Shown here one piece after another: positions 24,685 through 36,210 of a DNA stretch of 64,000 bases. Every line of letters starts with the position of its first letter. Position 1 is the stretch's first letter. Where the stretch lies: contig NW_003314352.1 in NCBI RefSeq assembly GCF_000143415.4, positions 53,602 to 117,601 of the forward strand, read 5' to 3'. The notes beneath the pieces were generated by a model. The model saw only the letters and a program-made list of their open reading frames with translations. It did not search any database and was not told where the DNA came from. Source of the DNA: Selaginella moellendorffii. Lineage: Eukaryota; Plantae; Lycopodiophyta. The translations under genes and the position numbers were made by a program.

Positions 24685-27600
24685 ATGGCAAGGGCAGGGC
24701 GTAAGCGAACCCAGGCGGAGACAGAACCTCCGCCAGAGCTGGAGCCTCCGGTCGAACAAGAGGCTATGGATGAGGAATCCTTGCATGAGGAGGACTCTAG
24801 TGAGGAAACTTCCAAACAGGAGTCCGGTGGCGAGGTTCGGTCGTCCAAGGCTCGATTAGACGTTCTAGAAGGTCAATTGGCGCAGACCAATGCCCTGCTG
24901 GAGACTCTCGTACGCAAGCTAAAGCATGACGAGAAACGGAAGAAAAGGCGAAAGACTGCGGATGCTGGCAGCGCAGAAGGTGCGGACCCTTCGGCAGGGA
25001 CTGAGGCAAAACCAGACAAGGTCGAACAGACCGAAGTGGAATCAGTCCCTCAGGCAGTTCCCAAGTACAAACCAAAGCCCCCACCGGTGTTCAAGGGAGT
25101 GAACGACTATAAGGTTGTGGAGGATTGGTTTTACGATATGGAGGACTACTTCCGAGCGTTACGGTTACCGAGCTCGGAGAAGGTCCCATGTGCAAAACCA
25201 TACTTGGCAGATAATGCCAAGTCTTGGTGGAGAACAACGGAGGCCAACGAAGGACCGGTGGCCACCTGGGACATGATGAAGGCGAGGATCCGCGCGACAT
25301 ACGTTCCTCCAAATGCCACTCTGCATCTGAGAGATGAGCTGAGTAGGCTGAAGCAGACTGGAACCATCCAGGAATATGTGAATGGGTTCATGGCAAAGAG
25401 GATACTTGTCACGGACATGGGGGATATGGATGCATTCCATGCCTTTATATCAGGTTTGCAAACCTGGGCTCGCGGTGAGGTGATGCGCTGGAACTCGACC
25501 AACTACAAGGAAGCGTTGGATGCGGCCATCAAGGTGCATTTCAACGATAACCTGCGAAAGGGGAACACGACGGGGTCGGGATCCACGTTTCACAAAGGGG
25601 CCAAACCGAGGGGAACATATAGCAGGGGGAAATTCAAGAAGAGTTTCTCTAAGAATGAGTCCTCGGGATTTCGGAAAGGCAGATCCGGTGGCCAGCGAGC
25701 AAGTACGTGGGGGAGTCAAGCGAAAAGAGACAAACCCACGGATAAGAAGGTCAAGTCATATAGCAGCGTGGGAAACAACGTATGCTATAACTGCGGTGAA
25801 GCGGGACACTTTTCGAGGGAATGTCCCTACCCGAAGAAGGCCAGAGCCAATATGGCCATCAAGTCGGGCGAAGTCCAAAATGAGGTATGTGATCCAGTCC
25901 CTAACTCAAAGTTACTCATTACACGAGCAACTTTGGTAGAGAGTCGTTCGCGACATCTACTAGCCCTCCGAGGGAAGCTCGGAGGTAGCTTTGTTAAGAT
26001 CCTTATTGACACGGGTGCTTCGGATAGTTTTGTGGCTGCAGACATAGTCCGGCAAGCCGGACTAACGGTGCAGCGGCTAGGCGAACCAAGGACTATAGAG
26101 TTTGTTCAAGGTAGCCAAAGCACCGATGAGGTACTTCGACAAGCGAAAGTCGAAGTAGGGACATGGAAGGTAGACAAGGATTTCACCGTGTTGGACATGG
26201 CGGGATTTGATGTGATCTTCGGAATGGATTGGTTCAATCGGTTCGTGGTAGCCCTACATGGACAAGGTAGGAACCTTGTGGTACTGGCGAATGCCCAAGG
26301 AAGAAGATCTAGGGTGGAAGCCCAGGATCTAAAGGTAGGGCAAAGCAAGGCCAAAGAATCCTGCTTAAACCTGGTGTCCACGAGAGGACAACTCACTAAA
26401 GGAACTAAGGCAGCCTTTTTGTGCTTACTCTCGGTGAAGAGTGACAAAAAGATGAGAACGGAAGAAGTGCCTTTAGTGATCCAGCGGGTGTTGGACCAAT
26501 TCCAGGATACCATGCCGGAGGAGCTACCGGCGGGGCTGCCCCCAGCACGACCGATAGAACATAAGATTGAGCTGGTCGAGGGTGCTGAGGCAGTGGTTCG
26601 TCCCCCTTATCGTTTGAACGAAAAAGAACTCAAGGAGCTCAAGTGCCAACTAGAGGAGTTGGTGGACAAAGGGTATGTTAGGTTGAGCAAGTCGCCGTAT
26701 GGGGCGCCGGTGTTATTTGTGAAAAAGAAAGATGGATCTATGCGCATGTGCATAGACTATCGCTTGCTCAACAAGTATACAAAGAAGAACAAGTACCCTT
26801 TGCCAAGGATTGAGGACCTGTTCGATAGGTTGGGAAAGGCAAAATACTTCTCGAGGATTGACCTAAGGTCAGGATACTACCAGATCAGGGTAGCCGAGGA
26901 AGATGTCGAGAAGACAACCTGTCGAACGAGGTATGGGAGCTTTGAGTTTCTGGTGATGCCCTTCGGGCTATGTAATGCGCAGGCAACGTTTTCGGCGCTA
27001 ATGAACCACGTCTTTGTACCCTATCTGGATCACTTCGTGGTCGTCTATATCGACGACATCCTGATCTATAGCGAGACGCTAGAAGAGCATGCCGAACACT
27101 TGGCGAAGGTGTTTGAGAAACTAAGGGAACACAAGCTGTATGCTAAAGAGAGCAAATGTGACTTTGCTCAACAAGAGGTAAAGTTTCTTGGGCATGTGGT
27201 GGGCCAGGACGGGCTCAAGGTGAACCCGGAGAAGGTCCAAGCGATCCAGGAATGGGAGCGACCATCGAATGTACATGAGTTGAGGGCGTTCCTGGGGCTA
27301 TGCAACTACTATCGAAAGTTTATCAGACACTATTCGAGAGTAGCCCTGCCCTTAACGGACCAAACAGGAAAAGGGAAGATGGTATGGACAGCAGAATGCG
27401 AGGCGGCATTCGTCCACCTCAAAGGGAAGTTGAGGAAGGCTCCCGTATTGGCATTGCCAGACTTTGGTAAGGACTTTGAGGTAGAAACGGATGCTTCGGA
27501 CTTTGCGTTGGGCGCAGTTCTGAAGCAAGACAACCATCCGGTAGCGTTCTTCTCGAAGAAGCTGGACAAGGCTCAACGGAAGTGGCCTGCCCATGAGAAG

Positions 27601-29457
27601 GAATTGTTTGCAGTGGTCAAGGCACTCAAGGAGTGGCGACACTACCTTGGGAGACACTTCAAGGTTTACACGGACAATGTGGCAACGAAACACTTCTTGT
27701 CACAGCCCGACCTAAGAGGGAAACAAGGTCGGTGGGCCAATGCCTTGGCCGAGTTTGATTGCGAAATTCTGTACAAGCCTGGGAAGAGCAACATCGTGGC
27801 GGATGCGCTAAGTCGAAAAGCGAGCTTGAAGTTGGCAATATCCAGCGCAACAGCAACCTTCTGGGACGATGTGCGGACAGCATATGAGAATGATGGTCTA
27901 GCACAGGAAGTGTTGCTGAGGAATCTAGAGGCGCGGGAAGCTCACCAGAGAGGCGAGCTGCCAACGGAAGAGAAAACGGGCTATGCGGAACGCAACGGAC
28001 TCATTTATTACAAGCAAACAAGGGTGTATGTTCCAGAAGGGGAACTAAGGAAGGTGGCCTTAGAAGAGTGTCATGACGGACCTCTCGCGGGACACGGTGG
28101 AGTGCCCAAGACGATGGGTTTACTCAAAAGGAAGTACCATTGGCCAGACATGGCTAAGGACGTCCAAGACTATGTAAAGACATGTCCAACATGTCAGCAG
28201 GTAAAAGCCGTGACTAAGGCTAGTGGGGGCTTATTGCAAAGCATCCCAATTCCAGATCGCCCGTGGAAATGTCTTACGATGGACTTCATCACGGGACTCC
28301 CCCCAAGCGAGGGGTTTGATGCGATATTCGTGGTGGTGGACCGATTTTCGAAAATGGCACATTTCATACCCACCACAACAGAAGTGGATGCGGAAGGTGT
28401 GGCGAAGCTGTTCTTCGAACAAGTGGTTCGAGTGCGGGGAAGGCCGGAAGAGATTATCTCAGATCGAGATAAGATCTTCACTAGTAGGTTCTGGAGGACA
28501 CTCCTAGAACAGTATCGCACCAAATTGAAATTTAGCACAGCCTATCACCCACAGACAGGTAATGGGTATTAAGTCAAGATTGATGGCACTAACACTTCTT
28601 GACAGACGGACAAACGGAAAGGGTGAATAGGCAGCTGGAGGATTATTTGCGATGCTATGTCTCGGGAGACCAGACCGACTGGGTAAGTCATTTGGGACTT
28701 GCGGAAATGTGTTATAACAACTCACCACACTCAAGCATCGGGGTGAGTCCATGGGAAGTCATCAATGGGCGAGCTATTGAAGGTCCTGTGGAACTCGGCG
28801 TGGCCGAGTATCATGGAGAGTTACCCGCAGTGGAGGCATTCACGGCGGAAAGACTCAACATTTGGAATCTAGTGAGGGATTCCTTGGAACGGGCTCAACA
28901 AAGGCAAACTAAGTACGCGAACCAAAAGCGTCGGGATGTGGAGTTCCAAGTTGGGGAGAAGGTGTGGCTGAACACCAAGAACCTCAGACTACCAAGTGGG
29001 ATCAGCCGAAAGTTGACCCAAAGGTAAAGATGCATGTATTCCTGTAAATGAATTGATCTTGAGTTCCTTAAGCAGGTTCGCGGGGCCTTACGAGATTGAG
29101 GCACGAATCGGTAAAGTGGCTTACCGACTCCGACTTCCTCGAGAGATGGGGAAGATGCACCCAGTGTTCCACGTGAACTTACTCAAGGCGTACTTTGAGG
29201 ATCCGCTTCGCAAGGACCAAGTGAGACCTTTGCCTGAGGTTATCCAAGGGGAAGAGGAATACGAAGTCGAGGCCATCCTCAATGCGCGCAAGAGCAAGCG
29301 ACAAGGACGCGAGGTGAAAGAGTTCCATGTGAAGTGGAGAGGATTTCCACACTGCGAAGCAACATGGGAACCGGAGGAGAACCTAGCGAACGCTCGAGAA
29401 CTAGTGGAGGAATTTCTGCAAGGCAGAACTCTATGTACTTATGCAAAATTCAATTAA
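24685..29457 (+). CDS. gag-pol: Gag-Pol polyprotein with chromodomain, 1557 aa after removing two introns: join(24685-28558, 28606-29023, 29076-29457)
   Basis: CCHC knuckle [14 protein letters not shown], protease LIDTGA, RT YIDDIL, RNase H TDAS, integrase HHCC and DDE, GPY/F motif, and chromodomain EYEVEAIL...VKWRGF...TWEPEENL. Confidence 0.92.
28559..28605 (+). other. Spliceosomal intron 1 in the integrase core (47 nt)
   Basis: GTAATG...CACTAAC...TTGACAG. Removal restores YHPQTDGQTER. Confidence 0.88.
29024..29075 (+). other. Spliceosomal intron 2 in the integrase GPY/F region (52 nt)
   Basis: GTAAAG...TAAGCAG. Removal restores KLTQRFAGPY. Confidence 0.88.
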
Positions 29458-29846
29458 AAATATCAAATTGCAAAGTTGAGCAAGTGCAATATGTTGGGAC
29501 CCGATGGCGCGCCAAAGGTAAGCTAATTAGCATGGGTTGGATAGGTCGACCAGGCGTAGGGCACTACGCCCGACTTCCTGCGGGGATGTCGAATCCGTAG
29601 ACGTATTCTACGGAGGTTGGGTTCGAGTCCCAACCCCCTAGTAAAGCAAGGCTGGGTTCAAGTCCCGACCTTATACTAGGGCGTGGTGAGGTGAGGAGTA
29701 TAGGGACACCTATATTTCGTTGTCATGGGCTCTTGGCCAGGGAGGCTAACTTAGGCACACCGCTAAGTGGGGGGATGCCCCCGGAGACATGGACAACAAA
29801 TCGTAGGATAAAACGAGACGTTCGATGTGGGCATCGAACTTCTTCT

Positions 29847-29860
29847 ATGGGTGGTGGAGT
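29847..29860 (+). promoter_or_regulatory. Polypurine tract of copy A2
   Basis: ATGGGTGGTGGAGT abuts the 3' LTR. A similar tract precedes the LTR at 42471. Confidence 0.75.
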
Positions 29861-32800
29861 TGTAAGGAACCGACTCCCCGAGATGTCGTAGGCTAAAGGA
29901 TCCCCAAAAGCTTGACCGAAGTGACAAAGAGTTCATCGCATGGGACCAAGTCGAGGATCGAGTCCAAGACCGACTCTAGGACCGAGTTCGAGATAGAGTC
30001 CGGAATCAAGTCCGAGACCGACTCGGGGACCGAGTTCGAGTCCGAGTTCGAGACCGAGTTCGAGACGGAGTCCGAGATCCGAAATCGGGTCCAAGACCGA
30101 GTCCGAGGTCGAGTCCGAAGTCGGGTCCAAGATCGGGTCCGAGATCGAGTCCGTGATCGAGTCCGAACCCGAATCCGAAGTCGGATCCGAAATCGGGTCC
30201 GAGATCGAGCCAGAGACCAAGTCCAAATACTAATACGGGTCAAGGGGTGAAAGCCCAAAGCGTGCGTCTCCCAGGGGGGGGGGGCTGCAGGGGGTTCCAA
30301 AAGTATAGTAGGGATAGTGAGGTCCAGGAACCAGTTTTGAAGGGACTCTCCAGTTGGGCTTCCAAACCGACTTGAGGTTGGGACTGGGACCGAGGGGCCT
30401 TGGGTGGGAGTGAGCATGGACTTGGCTGGTGCCGGAGGGGCCATCCAAGGAAGTGCTCAAGAGCAGCTTCCACTCCCGAAAGGGAAACCGATTGCGGTGC
30501 TCCCGGCTCATGTGGAGTGGTGCCCCACTTGAGTACCATGCGGCTCATTGGTCCTCGCCCTTCTTAGGGGCTTGGGCCTTCCTTCGGGATGGAAGTGAGG
30601 GGCGAGAGGTACCCATACCGGGCCGCTAGGCCACGGTGTTTCGCCCCGGCGTCCCGAAGCAAGTGTTGCACTCAAGACTTGGGATTTAGAGGGTCCCATG
30701 ATCAAGTCTTGTGGTACCAAGGGATGTTAGGAACCTGGAAGCTTGGTGTGCTTGGCTGCTTGTGCTTGCGGGGAGTGTAGCCGAACCTTAAGTCCAGTCT
30801 AACCCGGGGAGGGGGATTGGGAGTGATTTGGGAATCCATGGAAGGATGGCTAACACTCCGTTGCTCATGCAGTGAGTAGCTGAAACCAAGTAGGAGCTGG
30901 TACCATAGGCGAGAACCTTGGCGAGGGAACTTAGCAAAAGCCAAGGCAGTGTTGGACGGATAGGCGAGGTAAGCTGGCAAAGTGGAAAGGAAAAATTTGT
31001 GGCTTACAAGAATGCATGGCGATCCTCATCCAAGTGACAGACACTCCATGCAGTTCCATGCAAGAATATGGACTGGCACTTGTGGTAGAGACAGCGTCTG
31101 CCTTCAAGATCCACCTTGCACATCCTAGCGGCTTCCCGGAGGGGGGCAGCGGCTATGAGGAATTCCTAGAGGGAGCTAGGGAGAGGTTGTCCAGGAGGCC
31201 CACAATTTCAAAGACGCTGCGGGTCTATGAAGATCACATGGAATCCACGGACCTCACCTACGGCGATGTTCAAAAACTATATTCCAACATTGAGCCGTTG
31301 AGAGTGACTCCAGTTCGCGAAGCAAAGGGGAAGGGGGTCGATCTGGAAACTACCTCGAAGCAGAAAAGGGTGGTCAAGCTCAAGCCGACGTCCGACTCTC
31401 CTGCTCCAAAAAAGAAGCTACTCAGTGATGCCATTGCCTCGGGTTCGAACACTACACCCACCAAAAAGAAGAGCCGCAAAGAGCAGAAAGAGCAAGAAGA
31501 GGCAGCAAAAATTGTCGCAGATAATAGTACTTGTTACTATTCCAACAAAGTATATACAATCGACGTGAGCCGTATCGACATCCAAAGCAAATACAACCAC
31601 AGGCTAGTATCTGATGAGTGGGTGGAGAAATTGAAGCAGAAGATGCTGGCAAGTCCAGTAACACCCGACATCGCAGACGTGATCCCCTACTACCAAAAAA
31701 TGAAGGGCGAGATGAGGTTTCCAGACTTGATCAATAGGAAGGTGTTGGACGATCAGAACATCCGGTTCTATGCCGTCTCCGGGCAGCATTCTAGCTTGGC
31801 GATGCAAGAGATAGTTGTGGATATTATGGTGGGCGAGGAGGTGAAGAAAGTTTTCAAGACAAGAGTTGTCCGCCTGATAAAAGGCAACTCGCCCCTCCGA
31901 TCTATCATATACATCTCCAACGCGCAGAATGTCAAGCAAGAAACGTGCTACAAATCGGGTCTGCACGAGACATTGGCACGAACACGGAAGCTCTGGGTTC
32001 AACTGAAGAAGCCACAAAAACCAGGACAAGGACGTGCACTAGCAACTAGCGCCTGGCAGGTAAGCCTCGTTGTATGTGGCATAGCATGTGGCCTCACGCC
32101 ATTTCCATTGCAGGAATTCTCGAGTCTTCTCTCGAAAACACTGGGGGGCAATGACACACTCAGCATCCATAACATTCTACTCGCGACAAAAGTTGTTTTT
32201 GACAAATGGGTAGATGTGCTGAGGAGGTACCATGACGGGGAGTTGCCAAACTCAATGGGTGTGGAGGACGGCCGGAAGCCCAATGATTTGAAGCTCAACG
32301 CCTTGCGTTTCTCGCGGTCTCTAGACGACAACGACCTTCTGACAGTGGCTAATGCTCTTCTACGTGGTGAGGTAGTCTTCAACAAGACCAAAATGACTCC
32401 CGGCCATATTGTGACATACGAGGACTTGTGCACGACTCTGAGAGCTCGTGCGCTATTGAAGGATTGGATCTTCGAGCAAGTGGCCGTGGAGAGGGTGAGC
32501 ATCGACACCACGCAAGAGATGATGGAAGCGCTGGAGTTGTCAAATGAAGACATCGACGAGTACGTGAAGGGGGCCCCCAAGTTCATCGATCTGCTGCGGG
32601 ATGCCACGAAAAGTAAAGCTGAGAAGTTGGATCAGTATCCAAATTTCATTAAGATTGATGTCGACCGCCGGCTTCAGAAACAGCTCGACCCTGCAGCAGA
32701 GGCCTATCGAGAACCTTACCGGGTATACTTGAATTCGGATGAGGATCAAAGGTGGAGGAGCATCGTTTCCCGCGGAGATGAGCAGGTCAAGAACATCTTT

Positions 32801-35347
32801 TGTGTGATGGACTTCACAAACGAGGAGATCACTCATGCAGACGAAGTCAGCTCCATCATTGACTTAATGGTGGGACTTGCGGAGGTGGAATCTTCAGTCC
32901 ACTATATGATCTACGACTCCAAATCCTATCACAAGTTCTAGAAGGCCTTGAACGAGGTGAAGGCTCGGTTGAAAGGCAAGGAGATGCGGGAGATCCATGG
33001 GATAATGGCTAAGAAGAAGATACCGACAAATGTCCGCATCTTCACACTCGCCCTTGTTATTGGTCCTGCAGCAGAGTGGGACTGGAGTGACTTCCCAGCT
33101 TCGTTCGACAAGGCCAATCGAATTGATCTGAGGGAGGTCAATTTACCCGTGCCTGAGGAACTGAAGACGGCTATGGAGCTTTCGAATCCAAAGAAAGCTC
33201 CAGGTGCAGCATGGGAAATGCTCAGCTGGGTCTTCAACGCAATAGCGGTCACCTGCTTCCGACTCCAAGGGCAAATGCGTTGTCGAGTACAACTGCGGCG
33301 GACTATTCTTTCGAGCCGCACTACTCAAGGGTGTCCCGTGTGTTGCGGTGACAAACTCCATTGAAGAGGTGACTTCAATGGAGCATATAATTACAGTTGC
33401 CAAAGAAAAACAGTATCTTCTCTGCGAACCTGGTGAGTACGCACTTTAAGTTTAAATGTTATCTCACAAGCTCTGTATGCAAGAGCGTGGCCACCCCCAG
33501 ATGCTGAAACGGCGTTAACAGCTACTGTTGAAGATACCCATGTTGGGCCGAGCTCACAACCTGCACAAGGTAAGGTCACGTGAGGCCTCACGCCATTTTG
33601 ATTATAGATCGTTGTGAATATTCAGACACGAGGACTAAAAAGCGCACTGGTGGCGCATCGAAGAAGGACAAACAGAAAAGCAATAGCAAAAAAGGAGGTA
33701 CAAATTATATTTGCAATGGCGTGTGGTCTCATGCCATTCCTTGTAGGAGAAACTTCTTCAAAGGCAAAACAGGCAAGCACCAGCCAAGCTCAAACTGACA
33801 GTGGTCATAAAAAGCGAAAGCACGTTGGACAGTCGTCGAGATCAGAGGCGTTTGATTCGAAAAGGAAGAAGGGCAACGAAAAGATGATAGGTAATGCCTC
33901 GCGGTTATGGCGTGTGTGCTCATGCCATTCATTGCAGATCAAGGGCTGAGTGAAAGCAGGCAGTCACCACCTCATGACTCAGATTCCCCTTCCCCAATCT
34001 CAATGGAGAGGTACAATGGATGAGGGAAGCTTTTCAAGGCAGGGCCACGTTTTTCTCATCTCGTCGTCTTCGAAGGGTGCAAGAACGTGCAGAAACCATG
34101 TTAAGACAGTCGGGTGAGGATACGGTCCTAGGTCACGCACTAAAACAGGCTATGGATGTCTTGTATTTTGAGATGGAGACTCGGCCAGATGATTTTCCCA
34201 AGATGGTCCTGGAAGAACAAGCCATCCAGCCTGAGCATGAGGGGGATGAGGAGCCAGAGAAAAATAATGAGCAGGAAGAGCAGAAGGACGAAGAGGAGGA
34301 CAAAGAAGAGGAGGACGAAGAGGACTTGGATGGTCCTCACAATGGTGACAATCACAATAACGACGACGACGATGATGACGACGATGGCCAGCCTGAGGTG
34401 GCCAAAGAGCGGCGGAGGAAGGTCATACAAGACAAACCATCAGGTAAATAATAATACATCCATTCCTAACCTTTTACCATTTCTAACATTGTCCATGTAG
34501 GTCGCAGAGCAAATGGTAAGTAGAGATTATTCAGTTGAATTTACAAACTCTAGCCTTTAGTGTCGAGGAAGGATAGTGCCAAGCAAGGGTCGAAACGTAT
34601 GTCCAATCCTTCAGAATCAGCAGTGCGCTCAAGTGATATCGGTCCTAGTTCCTCAATAGCAGTTGATGGTAAATACAGTATAGTCAATTCAATGTGCTAA
34701 TGAGTTTGTTTTTAGTAGCACGGGAGGATACCATCTCAATCGAAGGGAGATATTAGGACATGCATATGGATCCGCCAGTGGACTCTACTTGGCTGCAAGA
34801 GTCATCAGAGCTGGTGGAGGCTACTATCCATATCAACACCAAGCAAGCTGACCACGCTCCACTTGATGCTGCCCATACCACTGAGTCAATCTTGTCCACG
34901 TATCCAACTGACGGTGACCAGGCGCCATTGGACCCACATGAGGCCGCCCCAGCCGCCGAGCCGGTCGTATCCTCATTTCCAACGGACTCAACGTGTGCCC
35001 AATCGTCTGACTACGCGCCGTTGGAACCTCCCTACACCGCCCCTGCTGCCTGTTCGGTCATGTCCACTTTGCCAACGGAGGCACCAGCTGAAATGGCGTG
35101 TGATCACACGCCATCGGAACCACCCCATGCCACTGTTGAGCCAGTTGTACTAGAGTCTACAGCTGAAATGGCATGTGCCCACACGCCATCGGATGCGATT
35201 GACCCCACATTGCAGAGGAGAGTATTTCCGCCCTTCACGTTTCCTCGACCAAAACCCTCTCAACGACCATCAGGAGCAACATTCGCTAATATTGTAGATG
35301 GTAAAATTGACTTGTACCATTTTTTATGCTGACGCATTTCATTTTTG

Positions 35348-36210
35348 AGTCACGGCGAAGGTACTGTATCGTTTTTGATCTGAACGGTGTCCTTTTCTCC
35401 CATGAGCGTGGCTCGTCCTCGAATGTCATTGCACCCTCCAAAGCCTGCGGTCGCAAGTTGGTCAAAAGAGACAGATTCACATTAATCACACAGGAGAAAC
35501 TGCGGGATCTAATAATGACCATGCGACACTTAAAACAGAGGGCCGGGTTCAATTTGCAATTGGGAGTTTGGACATCCATGATGCGCCACAATGCATTAAC
35601 GTTGCTACAGATGATGCACGATCAGACGCGAGTAATATTACCATTTGACTTTCTCCTAACGCAGGAGGATTGCTTGACTATAGTCCATGTGAGGGGTAGC
35701 AAGCCCATCTTCGTCAAGCCAGAGGCTGTAGTGATGAACCGGACTGCTAGCTCAAGTGAAATCCTCATCATCGATGACTCGCCGATTAAAACTGCAGCGA
35801 ACACGCACACATATGCAGTGCACCCCATCTCTTGCAGTATGGAAACTAGGGAGAAGAAACCGTATGTTCTGGGGGACCTTGCAAAACGGCTTGGAGCGAT
35901 GGTGATAGAGAACCGGCCAGTCCAGGAGGTGGCTGCAGAAATCAACCAAATGGCAGATGGAACGGTATATCAGAAGCCATTTGATCGGACAGACACCAGT
36001 CATCATTTATGGCATGTATATTGTCTAGCCAAGCACTATCCGCATCTCCATAATCTGCTCAACCGGATGGGTTCTTCGACCACTGAACATGAGCGTGGAC
36101 GTATTAGAGAAGAGATGGCATTACTATTGGGTTTAAATCCTGATAGTGTGGAGAGTGATGAAATTCCAAGATTATTGTATAGGCGTTGGAGGCAAAAAAT
36201 AACAGTCTGA
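35348..36210 (+). CDS. FCP1/NIF-like HAD phosphatase domain (last exon of the cargo gene)
   Basis: Motifs CIVFDLNGVL, GVWTSMM, FLLTQEDC, IFVKP and ILIIDDSPIK. The frame is open in both copies (50646-51527 on minus). Confidence 0.8.

Larger units (their letters stand above)
23478..31008 (+). mobile_element. Ty3/gypsy chromovirus family A, young full-length copy A2
   Basis: TSD AGAAT (23473-23477, 31009-31013). 1148-bp LTRs 23478-24625 and 29861-31008 (TGTAAG...CTTACA) with about five differences seen by eye. PBS and PPT present. Confidence 0.97.
23103..36210 (+). pseudogene. Transposon cargo gene of ~11 exons (~1600 aa reconstructed): ParB-like domain, degenerate DNA amino-methyltransferase-like domain, acidic/low-complexity linker and C-terminal FCP1/HAD domain. 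Disrupted in this copy.
   Basis: The frame is continuous across the LTR insertion (..GGRKE|CMAIL..). Predicted introns 23106-23344, 32060-32113, 33433-33482, 33570-33625, 33698-33746, 33891-33937, 34444-34500, 34516-34560, 34669-34715 and 35301-35347 all keep phase; two acceptors are intact only in copy 2. Lesions are the LTR insertion, TAG 32939, deletions at ~33248 and ~33987, and TAG ~34754. Confidence 0.7.

Noticed and set aside
28504-29104. Ribosomal frameshifts or sequencing errors as the cause of the integrase breaks
   Set aside because: The breaks are 47- and 52-nt inserts with GT-AG ends, and both are present in a second copy.
29590-29670. tRNA gene or tRNA-derived SINE
   Set aside because: A T-arm/B-box is present, but I could not build an acceptor stem, D-arm or A-box, and there is no tail or TSD.
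31016-33430. Bacterial or phage contamination as the source of the ParB/MTase-like sequence
   Set aside because: The gene has spliceosomal introns, lies within TIRs with a TSD, and is nested with plant retroelements.
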